Shown in pieces: positions 27,947 through 36,602 of a stretch of DNA of 64,000 nt. Within the stretch, counting starts at the first letter, position 1; each line of letters opens with the position of its first letter. Source of the DNA: Candidatus Bipolaricaulota bacterium (GTDB lineage: Bacteria; Patescibacteriota; Patescibacteriia; UBA11705; DATKZF01); NCBI GenBank assembly GCA_035528115.1, contig DATKZF010000002.1, positions 69,751 through 133,750 on the forward strand. The letters run 5' to 3'. Under the pieces are notes generated by a model. It saw nothing but the letters and a program-made list of their open reading frames with translations, was not told where the DNA came from and made no database searches. Both the position numbers and the translations under genes were made by a program.

Positions 27947-28489
27947 ATGCCAAAACAAATAGACCGAGGACGTAATTGGTACGTGATTCATACTTACTCC
28001 GGGTATGAAGAAAATGTGGCGGAAAATCTTCAGCAAAGAATCGAATCCATGGATATAGAAGACAAGATTTTCAACATCCTCATTCCCACGGAGAAAAAAA
28101 TAAAAATCAAAAACGGCAAACGAAAAATCGTGACGGAAAAAATATTCCCGGGCTATGTGATGGTGGAAATGATCGTTACCGATGACTCTTGGTATGTCGT
28201 CCGCAATACGCCGAACGTCACCGGTTTTATCGGCACTGGCAATACGCCGACTCCGGTTTCTGAAGCGGAAATCAAAGGTTTGAAAAAACGAATGGGCGTG
28301 TCCGATCCAAAATATAAAATTCCTTTTTCCGCCGGCGATCCGGTTAAAATCGTTGATGGTCCGTTCAAAGGATTTGACGGCAAAGTCGATGAAATTAATG
28401 AAGAAAAAGGCAAGGTTAAAGTTCTGGTATCCATGTTCGGCCGCGAAACTCCCGTGGAACTTGACTCTCTGCAAATAAAGGAGGTATAG
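27947..28489 (+). CDS. nusG: Transcription termination/antitermination factor NusG
   Basis: NGN domain (WYVIHTYSGYEENV) and C-terminal KOW (GDPVKIVDGPFKGFDGKVDEI). Confidence 0.9.
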   Translation: MPKQIDRGRNWYVIHTYSGYEENVAENLQQRIESMDIEDKIFNILIPTEKKIKIKNGKRKIVTEKIFPGYVMVEMIVTDDSWYVVRNTPNVTGFIGTGNTPTPVSEAEIKGLKKRMGVSDPKYKIPFSAGDPVKIVDGPFKGFDGKVDEINEEKGKVKVLVSMFGRETPVELDSLQIKEV

Positions 28490-28650
28490 TATTTTATCAT
28501 GGAGCACGTAACACGTATCACATATCACGTAACATGGAGCATTTTTACAAATTACATTCACCTATAGCTTTATACCTAAGAATATTGTAATTCGTAACAA
28601 ATAACCTGAAAGCTAAATAGAATATTGTAATTCGTAACAAAATTATTAAA

Positions 28651-28860
28651 CAATAAACCAAGGCTAGCTAACTAGCCGCAATAATTTGTAACGCAACGTA
28701 AACGTATTTGTAATTATTCGTAATAAAAGATTAACAATAAACCAAGGCTAGCTAACTAGCCGTAATAATTTGTAACGTAAACGTAAACGTATTTGTAATT
28801 ATTCGTAATAAACGATTAAAAATAAACCAAGGCTAGCTAACTAGCCGTAATAATTTGTAA
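28651..28860 (+). repeat. About 2.5 tandem copies (period about 84 bp) of a unit AATAAACCAAGGCTAGCTAACTAGCCGTAATAATTTGTAACG...GTATTTGTAATTATTCGTAATAAA, ending 3 nt before the rplK ATG
   Basis: Copies begin at about 28651, 28735 and 28820, the last truncated. Each contains the hairpin GGCTAG-CTAA-CTAGCC. They have the same architecture as the 16676-16810 repeats upstream of rpmE. Confidence 0.75.
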
Positions 28861-28863
28861 CAT

Positions 28864-29286
28864 ATGGCGAAGGAATTAATCACTAAAATCAAACTGCAAA
28901 TACCGGCGGGCAAAGCCAACCCCGCTCCCCCTGTCGGTCCGGCTCTCGGACAACACGGTTTGAATATCCAAGATTTCTGCAACAGATTCAATGAAGCCAC
29001 CAAAGAAAAAGGCGGCGACATCATCCCCGTGGAAATTTCCGTGTATAAAGATAGAACTTTTGACTTTATCCTGAAAACGCCTCCGGCCTCCACTTTAATC
29101 ATGAAAGCGGCGGGCATTAAAAAAGGCGCCAAAAATCCGTTGACTGATAAAGCAGGAAAAATCACCAAAGAACAAGTGCGACAAATCGCCGAAACGAAAC
29201 TGCCCGATCTAAACACAGACAATGTGGACAACGCCATGAAAACCATCGCGGGCACGGCCAGACAAATGGGCGTTAAAGTCGAATAA
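28864..29286 (+). CDS. rplK: 50S ribosomal protein L11
   Basis: [26 protein letters not shown] is the L11 signature. Confidence 0.92.
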   Translation: MAKELITKIKLQIPAGKANPAPPVGPALGQHGLNIQDFCNRFNEATKEKGGDIIPVEISVYKDRTFDFILKTPPASTLIMKAAGIKKGAKNPLTDKAGKITKEQVRQIAETKLPDLNTDNVDNAMKTIAGTARQMGVKVE

Positions 29287-29346
29287 TATAATTAATTAAG
29301 TGGGAGTTTCGCCGTTGCGCGAAACGATCGCACCACAACAACAAAT

Positions 29347-30030
29347 ATGTCCAGATCAAAAAAATATCTCGCGTTAAAGGAGAAAATCGACATCGACAAA
29401 ACCTATTCCGTCGAAGAAGGCATGAAATTGGTTAAAGAAACGGCGCAAAGCAACTTCGACTCGAGCATTGAAATCCACTTAAGATTGGGAATCGATCCGA
29501 AAAAGGGAGAACAGCAAGTTCGCGGCACTGTGGTGCTGCCTCACGGCATCGGCAAAAAGATCAAAGTGGCGGTCTTCGCCGAAGGAGATGACGCCAAAGA
29601 AGCCAAGGGCGCGGACGCGGATTTCGTCTACAGCGAAGAAGATATCAATGAATTGAAAAAAACGGGTAAAATAGAATTCGATATCGCGGTAGCCCCGCCT
29701 TCAATGATGAAAAAGCTGGCGGTCATCGCGAAAATGCTGGGTCAAAAAGGTTTGATGCCGAGCCCCAAGAACGAAACGGTCACGCCGAATGTCGCCAAGG
29801 CGGTCAAAGAATTGAAAGGCGGCAAAATCGCCTTTAAAAATGACGACACGGGCAATCTGCATCAGCTCATCGGCAAAGCTTCTTTTGACGAAACCAAACT
29901 TATTGAAAATTACCGAAGCTTTATGAAAGCGGTGGCAGACTCGAAACCGGATGGAATCAAAGGAATCTTCATCAAAACGGCTTATCTGACTTCGACCATG
30001 GGACCGAGCGTGAAAGTGGAATTGAAATAA
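29347..30030 (+). CDS. rplA: 50S ribosomal protein L1
   Basis: 227 aa matching the L1 fold. Followed by a classical terminator at 30036-30060 (AAAACCGGCGCAAGCCGGTTTTTTT). Confidence 0.9.
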   Translation: MSRSKKYLALKEKIDIDKTYSVEEGMKLVKETAQSNFDSSIEIHLRLGIDPKKGEQQVRGTVVLPHGIGKKIKVAVFAEGDDAKEAKGADADFVYSEEDINELKKTGKIEFDIAVAPPSMMKKLAVIAKMLGQKGLMPSPKNETVTPNVAKAVKELKGGKIAFKNDDTGNLHQLIGKASFDETKLIENYRSFMKAVADSKPDGIKGIFIKTAYLTSTMGPSVKVELK

Positions 30031-30171
30031 TTTCGAAAACCGGCGCAAGCCGGTTTTTTTATATATCGACAAAGACTATAATCTCGATTTGTTTATAGCT
30101 CTGAATCTCTCAATAAGTATTTAAAAACTCTCACACAACATAGCTATGCGAGAGTTTGAACTCTTAAGAGA

Positions 30172-31464
30172 TCAAAATCTCTTACTCTTTGGTTTAATCG
30201 ACTGCACGCCAGTGTATGCATGCAGGACATCGGGAATGAGCACTGACCCGTCAGCCTGCTGGTTATTCTCAAGAATGGCAAGAACCACGCGAGTAATTGC
30301 GACCGCCGTTCCGTTGAGTGTGTGTACGAATTCATTTTTGCCAGTTGCGCTATTCCTGAACTTGATGTTCAGTCGACGCGCCTGGAAATCCGTACAGTTT
30401 GATGCGGAGGTTATTTCGCCATACCCGCCTCCCTCGCCGATGCAGGGCATCCACGCTTCGATATCATACTTCCGGTAAGCAGGGGTTCCCAGCTCCCCCA
30501 TACACATAAGCAACACGCGGTAGGGAATCTTCAGATCCTGGCAAAACTCTTCCTCTATCGAAAGTATCTCTTCATGAGCGGCTGCACTCTTCGAGGGATG
30601 CACAAATTGATAGAGCTCCACCTTGCTGAACTGATGCACGCGGTAAAGCCCCCTGCTCTCGCGTCCTCCGCTGCCAGCTTCGGTCCTGAAGCAATGGCTA
30701 ACACCCGCGACCTTGATTGGCAGATCTTCTTCCGAAATCACGGCATCCGCCATGTAACCACCAATGGTGATTTCGGAAGTCCCGATGAGACTCATTCCCC
30801 CTTCAGTCAATGAATAGATCTGACTCTCTGGTCCCCGAGGAGAGAACCCTGAAGCGGTGATAATCTCGTCTCGAACAAGTTCTGGCGTCGTCATTGGAAC
30901 GAAGTCATACTTGAGCGCAAGCTCAAGCGCGTAACGGATGAGCCCCAACTCCAAGAGCACTGCCTCGTTCTTAAAAAAGTAGAACTTGGAGCCAGCGACT
31001 TTCCCCGCAGCCTCAAAGTCCAGGATATCCAGACTCCTGCCGAGTTCGATATGATCGAGCGGCCTGAAGCCGAATTTAGTAGTCTCTCCGACGAATCTGA
31101 TAGCGACGTTGCCTTTCTCGTCCTTACCTTGCGGCACATCCGAAGCAGCAAGGTTCGGGATTTTCCTTGCCTCCCCAAGATACTCCTTCTCGACAACCGC
31201 GATTTCCTGCTTGAGGGAAGCTATGGTTTTCTTGAGATTAGCAACCTCCAACTTGAGCCTTTCTTGAGTTGCACCATCGGCACTCTTGAACTGCCCGGAG
31301 ATCTGATTAGATCGGTGCAAAGCCTCTTCGAGACTCCGCCTCTTCTGTTTTGTTTGCTCGTAGAGAGCAACAACCTGGTCGACGTCAGCCTTGGCATAAC
31401 GCTCCTGCGTATTCTGCCTCACCAAATCGATGTTTCTGAGAATGAATCTAATGTCCAACATCAT
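30172..31464 (-). CDS. serS: Seryl-tRNA synthetase (full length, with N-terminal coiled-coil arm); composition is more GC-rich than the core genome
   Basis: 430 aa. Class II motifs are present: FRTEAGSGGRESRGLYRVHQFSKVE (motif 2) and GGGYGEITSASNCTDFQARRL (motif 3). AAGGAG lies 5-8 nt upstream of the ATG. Confidence 0.9.
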   Translation of the reverse strand: MMLDIRFILRNIDLVRQNTQERYAKADVDQVVALYEQTKQKRRSLEEALHRSNQISGQFKSADGATQERLKLEVANLKKTIASLKQEIAVVEKEYLGEARKIPNLAASDVPQGKDEKGNVAIRFVGETTKFGFRPLDHIELGRSLDILDFEAAGKVAGSKFYFFKNEAVLLELGLIRYALELALKYDFVPMTTPELVRDEIITASGFSPRGPESQIYSLTEGGMSLIGTSEITIGGYMADAVISEEDLPIKVAGVSHCFRTEAGSGGRESRGLYRVHQFSKVELYQFVHPSKSAAAHEEILSIEEEFCQDLKIPYRVLLMCMGELGTPAYRKYDIEAWMPCIGEGGGYGEITSASNCTDFQARRLNIKFRNSATGKNEFVHTLNGTAVAITRVVLAILENNQQADGSVLIPDVLHAYTGVQSIKPKSKRF

Positions 31465-31591
31465 CTATCTCCTTGGTATCGTTGGTGCCCGGAACGGACA
31501 TCTGACGAAAATATATATTAATAGTAATTAACTGTTTTGTCAACAAATTTCTATTTCATAATTGTAATCATAATATAAAACAGAGCTGCGG

Positions 31592-32938
31592 TTGACGATA
31601 ATTTATAAATATTATACGTTGCATTACACCATCATAGTTAGTACATTAACAAAAATCCACCATTGGGAGATAGACCAAATGGATAAGGAAAACGTACATA
31701 TTTTCTCGGCAGGAACACCCTGTATCGATGATGCGGAATTTGAAGTAGTAGAACGTAAAGGAATCGGCCATCCAGACACGCTCTGCGACACAATCGCTGA
31801 AAAGGTATCTCAAGCGTATGCTCAGTATTCTCTGGAACGCTATGGCATCATCTTGCGGCACATGGTTGATAAAATCGCACTGTCAGGAGGGGCTGCGAAG
31901 GTCAAATTCGGCGGCGGTGAAATGAATGAGCCAATCAGGCTTTATCTAAATTGTCGCTTCACCAGGAGATACCAAGAAGAAACAATCCCGTATCTGGAGA
32001 TTGTCAAAAGCACAGTATACAACCATCTCAAAGCTGTGCTTCCATTACTGGATCTTGATCGGTGGCTCATGATTGTTGACAATACTCACTTTTCTCCAGG
32101 TCCTGGCGTTGTCTACGAAGCTGACGGATCAACGCAAAACGAACGTCAGTTTTTCTTCGAGATCCCGCAGAAAGAATTTGCCATATTTCACGACAACAGC
32201 CTTCGTGCCAACGACACATCCACGGCTGTCGCATATAGCCCTCTTAGCACTACGGAAAAGATAGTAATATTAATCGAAACAACATTAAATGGATCGGAAT
32301 TCAAAAAACGACATCCCTATGTGGGTACAGACATTAAAGTCATGGCTAGACGCATAAAAAAACGCATAGCCATTACGGTTTGCATTCCTTTTGTTGCTAT
32401 CTACACGCCAACCAAAGAATTCTATACCGAAAAACTCAGATTACTGCAAGATGTGATCAGACAACTGGTAATCTCAAGTTTCGGGCAGTTAGATGTTACT
32501 GTCTCGCTCAACACGAGGGATAATCCGAGCAAATCAGATTATTACCTCACCCTAACAGGGAGCGCAATCGAAAGCGGTGACGAAGGAGTGGTTGGGCGAG
32601 GAAACCGGTACAATGGGGTCATTCCCTTTACCAGGCACATGAGCATGGAGGCTTGCTGTGGCAAAAACCCTGTCTACCACGTAGGCAAGGTGTACACGGC
32701 AATCTGCTCCCTTATCTCCGAGGAAATCTTCAAGCTCATAGGGATTGAGGTGTACGTCTACCTCACTTCACAAATGGGTAGAAGTCTATCAGATCCATGG
32801 TTGGCCTGTGTTGAGGTCTGCGGTGGAAACGTAACTTCTGTTCAACGCCAAATGATTGAAGCAATCATCGAGAGCAACCTCGCCAGTGCCAACGAAGTTA
32901 CTAAAAAGATCGTTAACGGAGAACTCAATTTATACTGA
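31592..32938 (+). CDS. Archaeal-type S-adenosylmethionine synthetase (MAT); likely start at the ATG at 31679
   Basis: FEVVERKGIGHPDTLCDTIAEKVSQAY matches the archaeal MAT N-terminus (VERKGLGHPDSICDGIAE in Methanocaldococcus), not bacterial MetK (SEGHPDK). GDEGVVGRGNRYNGVI matches the archaeal GRGNR motif. Confidence 0.7.
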   Translation: MTIIYKYYTLHYTIIVSTLTKIHHWEIDQMDKENVHIFSAGTPCIDDAEFEVVERKGIGHPDTLCDTIAEKVSQAYAQYSLERYGIILRHMVDKIALSGGAAKVKFGGGEMNEPIRLYLNCRFTRRYQEETIPYLEIVKSTVYNHLKAVLPLLDLDRWLMIVDNTHFSPGPGVVYEADGSTQNERQFFFEIPQKEFAIFHDNSLRANDTSTAVAYSPLSTTEKIVILIETTLNGSEFKKRHPYVGTDIKVMARRIKKRIAITVCIPFVAIYTPTKEFYTEKLRLLQDVIRQLVISSFGQLDVTVSLNTRDNPSKSDYYLTLTGSAIESGDEGVVGRGNRYNGVIPFTRHMSMEACCGKNPVYHVGKVYTAICSLISEEIFKLIGIEVYVYLTSQMGRSLSDPWLACVEVCGGNVTSVQRQMIEAIIESNLASANEVTKKIVNGELNLY

Positions 32939-32980
32939 AAATTGCAACTTTCGCGCCTGTGTCACAGATACGGGCTCTTT

Positions 32981-33676
32981 TTATAGATTAAATAATCCTC
33001 CTGAACTAATATCTGTCTTTACCCCAGTGGCAGAATATATCGTACAGAATCGCTCTCCAATACATGATGCGACATTATTTTCTATAATCATACCTGCTCC
33101 TTCAGACAAACATACAATAGGCAAATTGTTATTCATTGCCCATGATTTAAAACGATTGTTCTGATTATTCTTAAAATGACATGCGACAGAAAAATCATGT
33201 AAAAGGTTTAATCCTGCATTATCTTGTAATCCTATCTTATTTTTGTCATCTTGAGTATCAATTCTTTTCCCCAAAATAATTGCTCCTGCACTTCCTCCAT
33301 ATACTTGCCCTCCTGATTTATAGTATTTAATCAATGCGTCAGCAAAACCTGAGTTTTTGAGTTCATCCATTAAATCCCACGTATTACCTCCGCCTATATA
33401 AATGCCGTTAAAATTTATTAAATAATTAAATTTATATTTAGAAGGATCATCAATTACCTCAAACTGAATATCATCTCTCTCATGAAGTTTAATAACGCTA
33501 TTCATCCACAAGCGCACTGTGAGATAAATCTTAGAATCACGAAGAGCAATTGGCACATATAAAAAACGCCCATTTACAGGCAATGTGCTAAAAAAAAATT
33601 TGTCAAGGAGGAATGATTGTTTCTCATTGCCACCCCCCGACAAATATATTCGGTTTTTCTCCTTTATTTTTTGCAT
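32981..33676 (-). CDS. Peptidase family S51 protein (PepE / cyanophycinase-like dipeptidase)
   Basis: The N-terminus has a YLSGGGNE motif, and the central YIGGGNTWDL and GGSAGAIILG motifs match the S51 Ser-nucleophile context. The stop overlaps the start of the next gene by 13 nt. Confidence 0.55.
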   Translation of the reverse strand: MQKIKEKNRIYLSGGGNEKQSFLLDKFFFSTLPVNGRFLYVPIALRDSKIYLTVRLWMNSVIKLHERDDIQFEVIDDPSKYKFNYLINFNGIYIGGGNTWDLMDELKNSGFADALIKYYKSGGQVYGGSAGAIILGKRIDTQDDKNKIGLQDNAGLNLLHDFSVACHFKNNQNNRFKSWAMNNNLPIVCLSEGAGMIIENNVASCIGERFCTIYSATGVKTDISSGGLFNL

Positions 33677-34851
33677 GTTTGTATCGCTCTACGTAGCTCG
33701 CAAATGTTGATTTTATGAGCATACACCAAGCGATTAAAATAGTCTTCCGTCGTTTCGTCGCGAGGTTGCGGCAGATTTAGCTTCTTGCAAACCCTCAGGT
33801 TAATGAACCTTTCAATTTCCAGCCGTGCCAACTGAACGGCGGATTCTCTAGAAACGAACGGGGTAAGGAACTGACCCCAGTAATCGAAATAGTACAACAG
33901 GATACGGAATAGATTCTTGTCAAAATACTTCTCACTGAGCATTTTGGCGATACGTCTGAACTGAAGACCAGGCCCCTTGTTTGTCGCTTGTACCCCACAC
34001 AATACGATGAGTGACAACGTTCGGTACAAGTCGAACATTTCCCTTGCCCCATCTGATGTCCCAGGAATCAACAAATCGAAGTAAGAATCGGTCTTATTTA
34101 TTGCCCAGGCAATTCTCTCAAGACCAAACCCAACATCGCTAATGGGAATCGACGCTCGATTTGCTTGAGGTATCTGCATGTAAGCAGCGTCCCCAAGCTC
34201 AAGTCCTCCATAAGAGAAAAAAAGCTCCAGCGCGGAAAACTGGCCCGTTCCCCAATCATTGGCAGATGTTCTCATGACAACGATGAAATCATTCATGTGA
34301 AGGCCAAGCCTTGATAGCATCGTGCACCAGCAATCTACTATCTGCAAATGCTCGTCAAGGGTGGCTCCCATCTTCTCGGTACACACATTTACAAAAGAAG
34401 TGGAAGTCCCGTTTTGTGACTCGACATATGGCTGAAATTGCATGCGTACACAGGGCTGGGAGACGAATAGCTTACATTCCCGTGTCTGCTGACCTTTATG
34501 TATGACGTCGTCAAACATCTGCACACCAGCCACCACAAGGTCGGTTTGCCCCTCTAAATTTGCTATCTTTAGAGGAGGAGACAGTTTGAAGCCGGACGAA
34601 ACAAAGTACTCTCTCATCATTGCATTGATTTTTGCAGGGGGCAGCATTTTCTTTCGCTTTGAGAAATTAAGAAAAGCTAATACCCTCTTATCGCACTGAT
34701 GCCAACCGCAGCTTGAGGTCTCTATCTTGGCTAAACGCTTAAAGAAAAAAGTCCTCCCACAACCTTCGCAAGCACGGACTTGCCACCCTCTTTTCACCAT
34801 GAATTCGCTTACGACACCAGCAAGATCACAGGTCTTCATCTTTTCAGACAT
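33664..34851 (-). CDS. Stand-alone alanyl-tRNA-synthetase catalytic-domain paralogue with N-terminal Zn-ribbon-like CxxC/C..C segment
   Basis: SQPCVRMQ aligns with AlaRS QKC(I)RAG, and TSFVNVCTEKMGA with HHTFFEMLGN. FGLERIAWAIN aligns with the AlaRS GLERI motif. The protein is only 395 aa, with no tRNA-binding, editing or C-Ala domains. The N-terminus has CEGCG and a separated CGWHQC pair. Confidence 0.55.
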   Translation of the reverse strand: MSEKMKTCDLAGVVSEFMVKRGWQVRACEGCGRTFFFKRLAKIETSSCGWHQCDKRVLAFLNFSKRKKMLPPAKINAMMREYFVSSGFKLSPPLKIANLEGQTDLVVAGVQMFDDVIHKGQQTRECKLFVSQPCVRMQFQPYVESQNGTSTSFVNVCTEKMGATLDEHLQIVDCWCTMLSRLGLHMNDFIVVMRTSANDWGTGQFSALELFFSYGGLELGDAAYMQIPQANRASIPISDVGFGLERIAWAINKTDSYFDLLIPGTSDGAREMFDLYRTLSLIVLCGVQATNKGPGLQFRRIAKMLSEKYFDKNLFRILLYYFDYWGQFLTPFVSRESAVQLARLEIERFINLRVCKKLNLPQPRDETTEDYFNRLVYAHKINICELRRAIQTCKK

Positions 34852-35027
34852 GGATAAATCTCCAGTTATAATTTTAATGTACTACCAATATAATTTAACG
34901 ACAATTAGCGATTTTGTCAAACGCCACTTTTCCACTTTGCCTTCAGCGATTAATTTGCTAAAATTATACTGCCGATAAAACAGAAAGCCGCCCTTTCTGT
35001 TTCTCTATCTATTCACCATAAAAACAT

Positions 35028-35858
35028 ATGACTCAATTCGACCGACTCTATCGCGACGGGATTTTAAAAATAATGAACGAAGGCTTTGAAGAGTACAACG
35101 AGCGCACCGGACACAGCTGCAAAATCATTCCGGGCCTGACTTTTGAACTCGACAACGGCTTCCCTCTTTTGACTTTAAGAAAAATTCCCATCAAAATTTT
35201 CGTGGCCGAACAAATCTGGTTTATCATGGGCTCGAAAAACCCGGACGACTACGTCAATAAATTCACTCAAATCTGGAAAGACTTCACCGAAGAAGACGGC
35301 ACTATTCCGGCCGCTTACGGCTATCGCTGGCGAAAAGCTTTCGGCAGGGATCAATTGAAATTGTTGATTGAACATTTGGCCGGCCAGCCGGGCTCTCGGC
35401 ACGGCGTGATCATCACTTGGGATCCGCGAGAAGACGGCCTGGGCAATCCGGAAAGTAAAAAAAACGTGCCCTGTCCCTACACTTTCACGGTCAACATCAT
35501 CGGCAATAAATTGCATATCCACAGCGTGGTCAGATCAAACGACATGATGCTGGGCTGTCCGCATGACGTGGCCGGCTTTGGAGTTTTGCAAGCCATTTTG
35601 GCGGCCAAGCTGGGCGTCAAACCCGGCAAACTCACCCACACCATCAGCAACGCGCACATTTACGACACGCATTATCGGCAAGCCTGGGAATTGGTCGAGA
35701 GAGAAAACAACCATCCCAATATCTATCTAGAGGCTCAACCCGATTATTTCGATCGCGCGGAAAAAGGAGACGAATCCTTGGTGGCTGAAATCGCGGGCAA
35801 ATTGGAAGCGCAATATAATCCGCTGGGACCGATTAAAGGAATGAAAATTGTTTTATAA
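35028..35858 (+). CDS. thyA: Thymidylate synthase (ThyA-type)
   Basis: 276 aa. The ThyA fold is recognised around RHGVIITWDPREDG and the catalytic Cys context (VPCPYTFTVNIIGNKLHIHSVVRSNDMMLGCPHDVAGF). Confidence 0.8.
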   Translation: MTQFDRLYRDGILKIMNEGFEEYNERTGHSCKIIPGLTFELDNGFPLLTLRKIPIKIFVAEQIWFIMGSKNPDDYVNKFTQIWKDFTEEDGTIPAAYGYRWRKAFGRDQLKLLIEHLAGQPGSRHGVIITWDPREDGLGNPESKKNVPCPYTFTVNIIGNKLHIHSVVRSNDMMLGCPHDVAGFGVLQAILAAKLGVKPGKLTHTISNAHIYDTHYRQAWELVERENNHPNIYLEAQPDYFDRAEKGDESLVAEIAGKLEAQYNPLGPIKGMKIVL

Positions 35859-35879
35859 AGAAAATAGTCGGCATGGCAT

Positions 35880-36070
35880 AAAGTTGTGTTACGAATTACA
35901 AGAAACTAATAAGCTTACAGGTTATCTGTTACGAATTACAAGATTCTGTTTAGCTTTTAGGTGATTTGTTACGAATTACAATATTCTTAGGCATAAAGCT
36001 ATAGGTTCATGTACTTCGTAACAATACAAACTAAGAGCTATTTAGTGAATGTAATTCGTAACAAATCCTC
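35880..36070. repeat. Cluster of short dispersed repeats of the TTGTAATTCGTAAC / GTTACGAATTACAA word family (4 copies) between thyA and folA
   Basis: gttacgaattacaagaaac, ctgttacgaattacaagattc, gatttgttacgaattacaatattc and gaatgtaattcgtaacaaatcc are read directly. The same word recurs at 28571-28640, 38735-38920 and, in degenerate form, at 39630-39720 and 40560-40597. Confidence 0.7.
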
Positions 36071-36079
36071 ATTGAATAT

Positions 36080-36595
36080 ATGAACATAACACTAATGATG
36101 GCCATCACGGCTGATGGAAAAATCGCCAAAGACGAATCGCATTTGGCTGACTGGACGTCCGTCGAAGACAAAAAACTTTTCGTTGAAAAAACCAAAGAGG
36201 CCGGCGTAATTATCATGGGCCGAAAAACTTTTGAAACCATTGGCAAACCTCTGCCGGGCAGATTGAATTTGGTCATTACTTCTCAAGCCAAGGAAAAACA
36301 AGGCCAAGCCATTCCCGGCTCACTGGAATTCACGGATCTATCGCCCAAAGAAATAATCGAAGAATTGAAAAACAAAGGATTTAAAAATGCGATTCTCGGC
36401 GGCGGCGCGGCGATCAATTCCCTTTTCCTTGAACAAAACCTGATTGATGAAATAATGTTGACGGTCGAGCCGAAAATTTTCGGTAGCGGACTGAATCTAT
36501 TCAACAACGTAAAAACCGATTTGAATTTGCGGCTTTTGGAAATAAAAAAAATAAACGAAAACGCGGTGAATTTGCATTATCAAGTCATAAAATAA
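36080..36595 (+). CDS. folA: Dihydrofolate reductase
   Basis: 171 aa. MMAITADGKIAKDESHLADW...LFVEKTKEAGVIIMGRKTFETIG...LNLVIT follows the DHFR pattern. Confidence 0.82.
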   Translation: MNITLMMAITADGKIAKDESHLADWTSVEDKKLFVEKTKEAGVIIMGRKTFETIGKPLPGRLNLVITSQAKEKQGQAIPGSLEFTDLSPKEIIEELKNKGFKNAILGGGAAINSLFLEQNLIDEIMLTVEPKIFGSGLNLFNNVKTDLNLRLLEIKKINENAVNLHYQVIK

Positions 36596-36602
36596 TAACA
36601 AT

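Noticed and set aside
27845-28561. 238-aa minus ORF antisense to nusG (and 28153..28521)
   Set aside because: Antisense to a well-supported nusG. No conserved motifs.
28651-28860. Possible CRISPR array (regular repeats)
   Set aside because: Units are directly contiguous 84-bp tandem repeats, with no unique spacers between them. No cas genes, leader or typical 28-37-bp repeat size.
34852-35027. Hairpin CAGAAAGCCGCCCTTTCTG followed by a T-run at the edge of the aaRS island, considered as an integration-site repeat (att-like)
   Set aside because: I could not find a matching direct repeat at the other island boundary (30061-30171) by eye. It is best explained as a terminator.
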